Shown piece after piece: positions 1 to 8,485 of a stretch of DNA of 64,000 bases. Location: positions 3,206 through 67,205 of the forward strand of contig DASTJH010000052.1 in NCBI GenBank assembly GCA_035716645.1, written 5' to 3'. The position numbers and the translations under genes were made by a program. Under the pieces are notes generated by a model. It searched no databases. It was not told where the DNA came from and saw only the letters and a list, made by a program, of their open reading frames with translations. Source of the DNA: Terriglobales bacterium (GTDB taxonomy: Bacteria; Acidobacteriota; Terriglobia; Terriglobales; Acidobacteriaceae). Every line of letters starts with the position of its first letter. Positions within the stretch are counted from its first letter, which is position 1.

Positions 1-750
1 CAACTCCGGGTTTGCGCCGATCCCAATGATCTGCCGTTCTCCAATTCCCATCAGCAAGGTTTTGAGAACAAATTGGCGGACATGGTCGCGTCCGATTTGG
101 GAATGACCGTCAGCTACGAATGGTTTCCGCAGCTCAACGGCTTCTTTCGCAAAACGCTGAAAGCCGGCCTCTGCGACGTTGTCATGTCCGTGCCTTCATC
201 GTTCGACGAAGCGCTGCCTACGCGGCCCTACTATCGCTCCACCTATGTTTTTGTCTCCCGCCGCGACCGCCATCTCGACCTTCACTCGTTCGACGATCCC
301 GCGCTGAGGGCGCTCCGCATCGGCGTGCAGGTTGTGGGCGGAGAAGAGGGCAGCCTGCCGCCGACGCAGGCATTGTCGCATCGCGGACTCATGCGCAATG
401 TTTCGGCTTTCAACATCGTCGGAAATCTATCCATGTCGAATCCGCCGGCCGAATTGATCGATGCCGTTGCGAGCGGCGATGTCGACGTCGCTGTGGTCTG
501 GGGACCGCTGGCCGGCTACTTTGCCCGGCAATCCTCGGTTCCGCTGGACGTAGTTCCGGTTTGTGCCAGCACGCGCGATGCCGGCATTCCCTTCGAGTTC
601 GCCATCTCGATGGGCGTGCGCCGGAACGATACGGCCATGCAGCAAAAGTTAAACGACTTTTTGGAGCGACGACAGAAGGACGTGCGCGGCTTGTTGGAAT
701 CTTATGGCGTGCCATTGGTCAGCGCCGCGCAAGCGCAACGCTGCCAGTGA
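1..750 (+). CDS. Quinoprotein-dehydrogenase-associated periplasmic substrate-binding protein (MxaJ/XoxJ-like); 5' end lies outside the window
   Basis: The frame is open from base 1 (QLRVCADPNDLPFSNSHQQGFENKLADMVA), matching the LRVCADPNNLPFSN..GFEN start of MoxJ-type binding proteins. RPYYRSTYVFVSRRD and VDVAVVWGPLAGYF motifs follow. Stop at 748-750. Confidence 0.6.
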   Translation, partial: QLRVCADPNDLPFSNSHQQGFENKLADMVASDLGMTVSYEWFPQLNGFFRKTLKAGLCDVVMSVPSSFDEALPTRPYYRSTYVFVSRRDRHLDLHSFDDPALRALRIGVQVVGGEEGSLPPTQALSHRGLMRNVSAFNIVGNLSMSNPPAELIDAVASGDVDVAVVWGPLAGYFARQSSVPLDVVPVCASTRDAGIPFEFAISMGVRRNDTAMQQKLNDFLERRQKDVRGLLESYGVPLVSAAQAQRCQ

Positions 751-807
751 GGTACGGAGATTGAGATGCGAATCTTAAAGCACCGCAATGGACTGAGCCG
801 TTTGCCG

Positions 808-994
808 GGTGGGAGCCCCCGGCTTTCAGCCGGGGGGAGCGATGCTTCAGCATCGCGGAAGATCCAGTTCCTGCATATGTTTGGCGCTTTAGCGCTGGCC
901 CTGCAGACCGGCGCTGAAGCGCAAAATAGAAGACGCTTGCTTTCCCGCTGCGCTAAAGCGCAGCTCCCCCCGCATAAATGCGGGGGCTCCCACC
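808..994. repeat. Composite palindromic (BIME-like) element
   Basis: Outer arms GGTGGGAGCCCCCGGCTTTCAGCCGGGGGGAGC (808-840) and GCTCCCCCCGCATAAATGCGGGGGCTCCCACC (963-994) are inverted and each is a hairpin. Between them lie small hairpins GATGCTTCAGCATC, GCGCTTTAGCGC, GCGCTGAAGCGC and GCGCTAAAGCGC. Confidence 0.8.
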
Positions 995-1026
995 AAAAAA
1001 CCGTCGGCCTTGGAAGCATATGTTTC

Positions 1027-1518
1027 TTGGCTGTTCTCTTGACCCTCCTCGCCGGCTGCAACAGCAACAGCCGTCGCTTCGACACGGCCCCTGCCGGCGG
1101 CGCTCCGCCGATGGGCACGGCCGTGGGTCCCATTCCGGGAACGGTTCCCGGTCGTCCTATGCCGCTCAATCCGTATTCCGGCGATAAAATTGCCATCCGC
1201 GAGGGACGTCGCCTCTTCCTCTGGTACAACTGCGCCGGGTGCCATGGCGGACACGCCGGCGGCGGCATGGGTCCGAGCCTGCGCGATCCCGTCTGGCTCT
1301 ACGGCGATGCCGACGCACAAATCTTTGACTCGATCGCTTCGGGTCGCGGCAAGGGCATGCCCGAATGGGGCACACGCGTTCCGCAACAGCAGATTTGGAA
1401 GCTGGTGGCCTATATCAAGTCGCTGCGCACGCCCGAGGAGGCCGATCCGCCGATCGTTCCCGAAATGGTCAAAGTTCCCAACCCGGTCATTACTCCCGCT
1501 CCGAAGGCCACCCAATGA
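1027..1518 (+). CDS. Monohaem c-type cytochrome (CcoP / cbb3 subunit III-like domain), probable lipoprotein
   Basis: A single CXXCH (CAGCH) is followed by GGGMGPSLRDPVWLYG...GKGMPEW. Lipobox LLAGC follows TTG 1027. The upstream part of ORF 766..1518 runs through repeat 808-994 and is probably not coding. Start uncertain. Confidence 0.7.
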   Translation: MAVLLTLLAGCNSNSRRFDTAPAGGAPPMGTAVGPIPGTVPGRPMPLNPYSGDKIAIREGRRLFLWYNCAGCHGGHAGGGMGPSLRDPVWLYGDADAQIFDSIASGRGKGMPEWGTRVPQQQIWKLVAYIKSLRTPEEADPPIVPEMVKVPNPVITPAPKATQ

Positions 1519-2552
1519 AGAAGCTGGGACTCAGTCGCGCGTCTGCCCTTACGACGATCGGCCTGACGCTGCTGCTCGCGAGCTGCGATGTGCCCCGCTC
1601 GACTCTGAATCCGGCAGGACCGGCGGCGGAGAAGCTCGCCAACCTCGAATGGCTGATGATCTTCATCTTCCTCTGCGTCACGTTCTTCATGTGGGTGCTG
1701 ATCATGTGGGCGATGAAGCGTACGCGCCGCGGCAATTTCTCGGAGCACGCGCCCATAGACATCGGCGGCGGACAGGGATGGGTTACGTTTGGCGGTTTCC
1801 TGTTTCCGTTCATCGTGCTCACGTTCCTGTTCGTGGTTGGTCTGCGTGCCATGTCGAGCTTTCCCATGGGTGACAACGAGAAAACCGAAGAGCCGAAGCC
1901 CGACATTCTGGTGATCGGTCATCAATGGTGGTGGGAGGCGCACTACTTGCAAGGCGGCGTGGATCAACACTTCACCACGGCCAACGAATTTCACATCCCT
2001 GTCGGCAAGCCAGTGGACATCGCGCTCGAGTCCACGGACGTGATTCATTCCTTCTGGGTTCCGAAGCTGCACGGCAAGGTCGATCTCGTGCCGGGTCAGG
2101 TGAACTACATCCGCATTCAAGCCGACAAGCCCGGCAACTATGGCGGCACTTGCGCGGAGTATTGCGGCGCGCAGCACGCGCACATGGAACTGCTCGTCGT
2201 CGCGCAAACTCCGGAGGATTATCAGGCCTGGTATCAGCACCAGTTGCAGCCGGGGGCCGAGCCCACCGATCCGGAGGCCGTTCACGGCAAAGAAGTTTTT
2301 CTCGCAGGACCGTGCATTCTCTGCCACACCGTGCGCGGAACCTCGGCCGGCGGCACCGTCGGACCGGATTTGACGCACCTCGCCAGCCGGCAGTACATCG
2401 CCGCGAATGCCTTCCAGAACAACAAAGCGAATCTGGAAGGTTGGGTCACGCACGCACAAACGATGAAGCCGGACGCAGAAATGCCAAACCTCAGCTTCTT
2501 TACTGGCACGGACCTGCGCTCGCTCGTCGCTTACTTGCAGCAGTTGCAGTGA
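1515..2552 (+). CDS. coxB: Cytochrome c oxidase subunit II with a fused C-terminal cytochrome c domain (caa3-type CoxB)
   Basis: Lipoprotein signal LLLASC and two TM helices. Complete CuA site (H of VIHSF, 34 residues, then CAEYCGAQHAHM). C-terminal CILCH haem site. ATG 1515 overlaps the upstream stop (ATGA). Confidence 0.85.
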   Translation: MKKLGLSRASALTTIGLTLLLASCDVPRSTLNPAGPAAEKLANLEWLMIFIFLCVTFFMWVLIMWAMKRTRRGNFSEHAPIDIGGGQGWVTFGGFLFPFIVLTFLFVVGLRAMSSFPMGDNEKTEEPKPDILVIGHQWWWEAHYLQGGVDQHFTTANEFHIPVGKPVDIALESTDVIHSFWVPKLHGKVDLVPGQVNYIRIQADKPGNYGGTCAEYCGAQHAHMELLVVAQTPEDYQAWYQHQLQPGAEPTDPEAVHGKEVFLAGPCILCHTVRGTSAGGTVGPDLTHLASRQYIAANAFQNNKANLEGWVTHAQTMKPDAEMPNLSFFTGTDLRSLVAYLQQLQ

Positions 2553-2569
2553 AAGTCAAAGGCTTTTAA

Positions 2570-2742
2570 CACGGAGGCCACGGAGGGCACAGAGAAAGTC
2601 AGAAGTTAGATCGGGTCAAGTCAGAAGTTGGGTTTCGACAGTCCGAAGCGTGATCGAATACATTGGCACCCACGTTACGAACTTACTTCTTCCTTCTGAA
2701 TTCTGCCTTCTCCCATTCTCCGTATTCTCCGTGACCTCCGTG
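2570..2742. repeat. BIME-like inverted-repeat element (CACGGAGG and AGTCAGAAGT words)
   Basis: CACGGAGGCCACGGAGGGCACAGAGAA (2570-2596) is inverted as TTCTCCGTATTCTCCGTGACCTCCGTG (2716-2742). The inner AGTCAGAAGTTAGATCGGGTCAAGTCAGAAGTTGGGTTTCG (2597-2637) recurs at 56830-56869. Confidence 0.8.
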
Positions 2743-2776
2743 CTAAGGCTCTTGTTTTCCCACTAGGAGAAAATCA

Positions 2777-3559
2777 ATGTCCCGCACTTTGCTTCGAGCT
2801 TTTTTCGTTTTCGCTCTGACGGTGTTCTCCTCTTCCACGCTCTCGGCCCAGGCTAAGCCAGACTGCTCGCAGTTGCCGGATCATAATCGCCTGCGTTCCG
2901 TCTTGCAGTCGATTGTGAAAGAAGGGCAGCAGGGCAACGGCGGCCTGGGCAATCAGGAGTGGGCGGTCGTCGTGAATCGCGACGGCATTGGCTGCGCCGT
3001 CGTCTTCAGCGGCGAAACTCGCAGCCAGGAGTGGCCGGGCAGCCGTGTGATTGCTGCCAGCAAGGCAAACACGGCGAATGCGCTGAGCGGGCCGGATTTT
3101 GCCCTTTCGACGGCGAACATCTATGCGGCATCGCAGCCAGGACAGAGCCTGTATAGCCTGGCCACCAGCGCGCCTCCGAATCCGCAGGCGGCATTCGGTA
3201 ATCCTTCCACCTTCGGCACCACCGGCGATCCGATGGTCGGCAAAGCCGTCGGGGGGGTGATCGTTTTTGGCGGCGGTCTGCCGCTCTACAGTTCCAAAGG
3301 ACAAATCGTCGGTGGGCTCGGCCTGAGCGGCGATACCTCCTGCACCGACCATGTAATCGCCTGGAAGGTCCGCCACCAGTTGGCGCTAGACGCCGTACCC
3401 ATGGGAGTCTCGCCCGACCACAACGACAACATGATCCTGGATTTCCAAAATGGGCAAAGCCCCAGCGGCTTCGGCCACCCCGACTGCAAAGGCGGCCAAC
3501 CATCTGCGGACATTATCAAGAACCTATCGAAGAACTTTCCGACCGGTCCGAAGAAATAA
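2777..3559 (+). CDS. Secreted GlcG/HbpS-like (DUF336) haem-binding-family protein
   Basis: N-terminal signal peptide. GGGLPLYSSKGQIVGGLGLSGDTSCTDHVIAWK matches the DUF336 core. Confidence 0.6.
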   Translation: MSRTLLRAFFVFALTVFSSSTLSAQAKPDCSQLPDHNRLRSVLQSIVKEGQQGNGGLGNQEWAVVVNRDGIGCAVVFSGETRSQEWPGSRVIAASKANTANALSGPDFALSTANIYAASQPGQSLYSLATSAPPNPQAAFGNPSTFGTTGDPMVGKAVGGVIVFGGGLPLYSSKGQIVGGLGLSGDTSCTDHVIAWKVRHQLALDAVPMGVSPDHNDNMILDFQNGQSPSGFGHPDCKGGQPSADIIKNLSKNFPTGPKK

Positions 3560-3564
3560 TCTCA

Positions 3565-3757
3565 CCACGGAGGCACAGAGAAGCCCCGAAGCTGCGAAGC
3601 CCCGAAGCTAAAATCTTCCGCATCGCGCAAGCACACAGAAAGTCACCGACGAACCCATTCAACTCTCATTTGTTTGTGTGGATATTTGGATGCTGCTGCG
3701 GTTAACAGGTTTTAGCTTCGGGGCCTCGGGGCCTCGGGGCTTCGCAGCTTCGGGGCT
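3565..3757. repeat. BIME-like inverted-repeat element (AGCCCCGAAGC words) in the rnj leader region
   Basis: Left arm AGCCCCGAAGCTGCGAAGCCCCGAAGCTAAAA (3582-3613). Right arm TTTTAGCTTCGGGGCCTCGGGGCCTCGGGGCTTCGCAGCTTCGGGGCT (3710-3757) carries extra word copies. A related copy lies at 47824-47864. Confidence 0.8.
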
Positions 3758-3786
3758 GCTTTTCCCTGTGCTAGCATCGAGAATCG

Positions 3787-5457
3787 ATGATTGCGGGCAA
3801 ACTTCAGGTCGTGCCGTTAGGTGGGCTGGGCGAGTTCGGCATGAACTGCATGGCCCTGCGCTGGGGCGATGACATCATTGTCATCGATGCCGGCCTCATG
3901 TTTCCCGAATCGGAACTGCTCGGCGTCGATATCGTCGTTCCCGATATTTCCTATCTCCTCGAAAACCGCGACAAAGTTCGCGCGATCCTGCTGACCCACG
4001 GACATGAAGATCACATCGGCGGATTACCCTACATTCTTTCCGAACTGAATCTCCCGGTCTATGCCACCGAATTCACGCTGGCTCTGGTCGAAGGAAAACT
4101 AGAAGAGCACGGGCTGCTCGACGATGCCCAGCTCAATGAGATTGAGCCGAACGAGCGCTTCCGCATTGGAGCTTTTCTCGTTCATCCGGTGCGCGTCACG
4201 CATAGCCTGGTCGATTGCGTCGCGCTGGCGATTCACACGCCGCTCGGCGTCGTGATCCATTCCGGCGATTTCAAAGTCGATCCCACGCCAACCGACGGCA
4301 AGCTCTTCGACCTGCATCAGTTTGCCGAGTATGGCAAAGAAGGCGCGTTGCTGCTGTTGCAGGACTCGACCAATGTCGAGCGTCCGGGATACACGCCGAG
4401 CGAGCGCGCGGTGCGTCCACGATTCGAAGAGGTTTTTACGCGCGCTAAGCGCCGGCTATTTGTCTCCTGCTTCTCATCGTCGATTCACCGCATCAAGCTT
4501 GTCGCCGAGATGGCGTTCGAGCACGGACGTAAACTCGCGCTCGTCGGACGCTCCATCAACGAAGCCACTGACATCGCGCAGGACCTCGGCTACGTCGACA
4601 TTCCCGAAGGCACGCTCATTCACCCCGGCCAGATTCGCGATTTCGCGCCGGAGCGCGTCTGCGTGCTGATCAGCGGCACGCAAGGCGAGCCGATGTCCGC
4701 GCTCTCGCGCGCAGCGGTGGACAACCACAAGCATGCGCGTATCGAGCCAGGCGACACCGTAGTGCTCTCTTCCAGGATCATTCCGGGAAACGAGAAGGCG
4801 ATCTATCGCATGATCGATCACCTCTATCGCCGCCAGGCCGACGTGATTTACGAAGACGGCAGCGGCTCGCCGATCCATGTGAGTGGGCACGCCAGCCAGG
4901 AGGAGCTGCGGCTACTCATCAATCTGGTGCGCCCGAAGTATTTCGTGCCGATTCACGGGGAATTTCGCCAGCTCCGCCGCCATGCCGAACTGGCCGGGTC
5001 GATGCACGCCGCAGTCGGGAGCGTGCTGATGCTGGAGAGCGGCGATGTGCTGGACATCGATGAGCTAGGCGCGCGCAAGTCCGGACGCGTGACTGTCGGA
5101 CGCGTGTGCATCGATTCGGGTTCGTCCGCCGACGTGGTCGAAGACCTCATCATTCGCGACCGCCGCCATCTGAGCGAAGACGGCATCGTGCTGCCGATCA
5201 TCGCGATTAACAAGCTTACCGGCCGGGTCGAGTCGATCCCGGAGATCGTGATGCGCGGCTTCGCGGCCGCCGGCGCCGAGAACGGATTCCTCGCCGAAGC
5301 CCGCGACGTGATCAGCCGCACGCTGGAACTGTCCAGCCAGGAAGAGAAGGCTGACTACGGCGTGATCAAAGAAAAAATCCGCACCGATCTGAAACGCTAC
5401 ATCAACAAGAGCACCAGCCGACGTCCACTGATCATGCCGGTGATCCTGGAAATTTGA
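3787..5457 (+). CDS. rnj: Ribonuclease J
   Basis: Metallo-beta-lactamase motif LLTHGHEDHIGG, beta-CASP region and C-terminal domain. Length 556 aa. N-terminus LQVVPLGGLGEFGMNCM is typical of RNase J. Confidence 0.85.
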   Translation: MIAGKLQVVPLGGLGEFGMNCMALRWGDDIIVIDAGLMFPESELLGVDIVVPDISYLLENRDKVRAILLTHGHEDHIGGLPYILSELNLPVYATEFTLALVEGKLEEHGLLDDAQLNEIEPNERFRIGAFLVHPVRVTHSLVDCVALAIHTPLGVVIHSGDFKVDPTPTDGKLFDLHQFAEYGKEGALLLLQDSTNVERPGYTPSERAVRPRFEEVFTRAKRRLFVSCFSSSIHRIKLVAEMAFEHGRKLALVGRSINEATDIAQDLGYVDIPEGTLIHPGQIRDFAPERVCVLISGTQGEPMSALSRAAVDNHKHARIEPGDTVVLSSRIIPGNEKAIYRMIDHLYRRQADVIYEDGSGSPIHVSGHASQEELRLLINLVRPKYFVPIHGEFRQLRRHAELAGSMHAAVGSVLMLESGDVLDIDELGARKSGRVTVGRVCIDSGSSADVVEDLIIRDRRHLSEDGIVLPIIAINKLTGRVESIPEIVMRGFAAAGAENGFLAEARDVISRTLELSSQEEKADYGVIKEKIRTDLKRYINKSTSRRPLIMPVILEI

Positions 5458-5477
5458 GTGCCTGGCCGCAGCGGAGC

Positions 5478-5745
5478 AAATTCCCTGTTATTTCCCTGAT
5501 AATTCCCTCAGCAAACCGGCTAATTGGTGCTCTCTTGCGGCTACTTGCTTGAAATCAAAGCAGTTGCGCCAAAAATTAGAATTTCCCTGTTAATTCCCTG
5601 ATAATTCCCTCAGCGAAAGAAGCTGCCGGTTGCTAGCCTGCTGGCTAGCCGCTTTAAATCCAAAGACTTACACGACAGGAGCGCTTGTTTGTCATGATTT
5701 GTGACAGGCAATTCCCTGAAAAATTCCCTGTTCTCAGGGAATTGG
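5478..5745. repeat. ATTCCCTG word repeats
   Basis: AAATTCCCTGTTATTTCCCTGATAATTCCCTCAGC (5478-5512) is repeated directly at 5579-5614. A partly palindromic third copy CAATTCCCTGAAAAATTCCCTGTTCTCAGGGAATTGG lies at 5709-5745 and overlaps the stop of the next gene. Confidence 0.75.
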
Positions 5746-6705
5746 TCGGAATGCCCGCCACAATTCCGCGCTCCCCGCGCCGGCTGCCTGATGTCCGCCG
5801 TGGGTGGCGAGCCAGACCATGCCCACAATGATCACACCCGTGGCAACCGTCTTGATCACTAGCGTGCGGCCGCTGAAGTCTTCGCTCAGCCATTTTGGAC
5901 GAAGCTTCGTCAGCAGCAGTGCTCCGACGAAGATGATCGCGAAGCGAACCCCGGAGATGGCATCCACGATCGCGGGATGCGTGAGGCTGATCGCGTAAAA
6001 GATGAGGAAGGATCCCACGCCGGCGATGAAGCGGTTGACGAAGTACCAGAATTTGCTGCGTGGGGTCGCCTCTTCGGAGTGGCGGAAGATTTGTCGCCGC
6101 CACTTGGGCGGCACCAGCAGCAGCATCGCGCCAATGAAAGTGCCCAGCGTGAAGAATACGTAGCCGCTCACGAAATTCGTGTCCTTGAAGACAATCCGCT
6201 GCAGCACGTTCACCAGGCCCAGTAATCCGGACGCGAGGGCTACGGGGGCAATCATGCGGCGGAAGTCCATCTCTTCGGAAAAAAACATGAGGAAGCCGCC
6301 AAAGGTGAGGGCACCGAATCCGATGAGGCGTCCGCCGGCAAACGGTTGCTTCAGCAGAAAGACGGCAATGATCGCGGTGGCGACCGGACTAAATCCTCCC
6401 ATCGCGGCCAGCGATTCGGAAGCTTCTCCGCGCTTGAGGGCCGCGTAATAGAAGTAGACCCCAATCAGGTGAAGGATGCCCGTGCCGAAGGCTAGCCCGG
6501 CGATGCCGAGCGTCGGCATTTTGAATCCGAATGGGATCAGCACCAGTCCGAAGATGCTGATCGCACCCAGCCAAAACACGTAGTTGACCAGGTTCTTAGT
6601 CTCCCGTTTTTTGAGGAGAACTTTGTCCCAGACGAGGGAAATGCCGATGAGTCCGTGCGCGATCAGCGCGACCAGCACGCCGGATTTAAAGAAATCGAAA
6701 TGCAT
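5734..6705 (-). CDS. Integral membrane protein, DMT/EamA-like transporter family
   Basis: About 10 predicted TM segments with two similar halves. No more specific motif recognised. Confidence 0.5.
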   Translation of the reverse strand: MHFDFFKSGVLVALIAHGLIGISLVWDKVLLKKRETKNLVNYVFWLGAISIFGLVLIPFGFKMPTLGIAGLAFGTGILHLIGVYFYYAALKRGEASESLAAMGGFSPVATAIIAVFLLKQPFAGGRLIGFGALTFGGFLMFFSEEMDFRRMIAPVALASGLLGLVNVLQRIVFKDTNFVSGYVFFTLGTFIGAMLLLVPPKWRRQIFRHSEEATPRSKFWYFVNRFIAGVGSFLIFYAISLTHPAIVDAISGVRFAIIFVGALLLTKLRPKWLSEDFSGRTLVIKTVATGVIIVGMVWLATHGGHQAAGAGSAELWRAFRPIP

Positions 6706-6786
6706 GGGTCGCGCGAAACGCCGACTTCATGAAAGATGCAAGCGGGAGAGACCAGGTACGTCAGATCACGAAGATTATCTTAAACG

Positions 6787-6946
6787 CAGCTTTCAGCCAC
6801 CAGCTTCCAGCTTTGCTTTGTCATTCCGAATCCGCGCAGCGGATGAGGAACCCCTACCCCGGCGATCCGCTATACAGTAGCGATTCCTCATCCGCTGCGC
6901 GGATTCGGAATGACAAAGCTGAAAAGCTGGTACCTGCCAGCTAAAA
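6787..6946. repeat. Nested composite element: GTCATTCCGA-family inverted repeat inside CCAGCT-family arms
   Basis: Perfect 36-bp inverted repeat at 6815-6850 and 6884-6919 (GCTTTGTCATTCCGAATCCGCGCAGCGGATGAGGAA). It is flanked by CAGCTTTCAGCCACCAGCTTCCAGC (6787-6811) and GCTGAAAAGCTGGTACCTGCCAGCTAAAA (6918-6946). Confidence 0.85.
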
Positions 6947-6953
6947 TAGGACC

Positions 6954-8210
6954 ATGCTAAAGAAAGTACGACTCTTCACTCCCGGTCCCACGCCTCTGCT
7001 ACCCGCAGCCCAGTTGGCGATGGCAGCGGCCGACATTCACCATCGCACTCCAGAATTTCGCGCGATCTACACGCGCGTGCTCGCACAGCTCAAGACTTTC
7101 ATCGGCACGAACAACGACGTGATCCTGATCGCATCTTCCGGCACCGGCGCCATGGAAGCGGCGGTCTCGAATCTTACTTCGCCGGGCGATCGCGTGCTCG
7201 TGCTCAGCGCCGGCAAATTTGGCGAGCGCTGGACAGGTCTTGCCAAGGCCTTTGGCTGCCAGGTGGACACGTTGAGTGTGCCGTACGGCCAGACATTCTC
7301 GACCGAAGAAGTGCGCTCGCGGCTGAATAAAGACGTGAAGGCGGTTTTCGTGCAGGCGACCGAGACCTCGACCGGCGCGCGCCATTGTATCCAGACGATC
7401 GCCTCGCTCACCAAAGGAACCGATGCGCTGCTCGTCGTGGATGCGATTACCGGATTGGGAACCACGCAGCTCGAGGTGGATGGCTGGGGCATTGACGTGA
7501 TCATCGGCGGATCGCAGAAAGCGGTCATGATTCCTCCAGGACTCGCGTATTGCGCGGTGAGCGAGCGCGCTTGGCAGCGGATGGAGACGTCAAAGAATCC
7601 TCGCTATTATTTTGACCTGCGCAAGGAGAGAAAGTCGGCAGCCAAAGGCGAGTCGGCCTACACGCCGGCGGTCGCGCTAATTGCCGCGTTAGGCGCGGCG
7701 CTCGACTACATCGCCGCTGGCGCCGGAGGCGATCTCGCCGCCGGACGCGACGCGCTGATTCACAACGCCGAAGTTGTCGCCGAGATGACCCGCGCAGCGA
7801 TGACCAAATTGGGACTGCGGCTCTTTGCTCCGTCAGCACCTGCTGCCGCCGTGACTGCGGTCTATGCGCCTGAGGGGGCGGATTCGGGTGCGATCGTCAA
7901 AGGATTTAAAGAACAGTTCGCCGGGGTGTTGTCGAATGGCCAGGGCGAGATGAAAGGACAAATCTTCCGCATCGCGCACCTTGGCTTCTTCGACTATCTG
8001 GACACCATTGCCATGATTGGCGGCCTTGAGCACGTATTGCAACCAATGCTGAAGCGCGATCTGCTAGGAGTTGGATTGAAAGCCGCGCAAGAAGTCTATG
8101 CAAAGCGTCGCGGCGGCACGCTGACGCAGTTGCTCGAAGCGGATCAGCGTTGCTCCTGTGGACGCGCGGTTGCCGAGTGCTCGTCCAGCATGGCGACGGT
8201 GAGCGCGTAA
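6954..8210 (+). CDS. Class V PLP aminotransferase (alanine-glyoxylate / serine-pyruvate aminotransferase family)
   Basis: N-terminus RLFTPGPTPL and PLP-lysine region GGSQKAVMIPPG. Family-typical length apart from a short extra C-terminal tail. Confidence 0.75.
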   Translation: MLKKVRLFTPGPTPLLPAAQLAMAAADIHHRTPEFRAIYTRVLAQLKTFIGTNNDVILIASSGTGAMEAAVSNLTSPGDRVLVLSAGKFGERWTGLAKAFGCQVDTLSVPYGQTFSTEEVRSRLNKDVKAVFVQATETSTGARHCIQTIASLTKGTDALLVVDAITGLGTTQLEVDGWGIDVIIGGSQKAVMIPPGLAYCAVSERAWQRMETSKNPRYYFDLRKERKSAAKGESAYTPAVALIAALGAALDYIAAGAGGDLAAGRDALIHNAEVVAEMTRAAMTKLGLRLFAPSAPAAAVTAVYAPEGADSGAIVKGFKEQFAGVLSNGQGEMKGQIFRIAHLGFFDYLDTIAMIGGLEHVLQPMLKRDLLGVGLKAAQEVYAKRRGGTLTQLLEADQRCSCGRAVAECSSSMATVSA

Positions 8211-8235
8211 TGGCGCGCTGACTGAATCTATCGAC

Positions 8236-8448
8236 TGTCATCCTGAGGGAGGGCGAACGCCCGAGTCGAAGGACCCCCGCTGCAGCTTGAGTCGGAACGA
8301 ATCATTGCTCATCGCGTTCCACAATGGCGTCAGCCATTGACGAGAACGACTGTCGCGAAAGAATTCCAGAAAACTCGTTGCTGCTACTCTGAGTTCAGCA
8401 TCGGCGGGGGTCCTTCGACTCGGGCGTTCGCCCTCGCTCGGGATGACA
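8236..8448. repeat. GTCATCCTGAG-family paired-arm element
   Basis: TGTCATCCTGAGGGAGGGCGAACGCCCGAGTCGAAGGACCCC is inverted at 8404-8448. The arms are nearly identical to those at 22290-22481. Confidence 0.85.
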
Positions 8449-8485
8449 CCGCCGTCTTAATTAAAAATCTACATTCAGGACCTAC

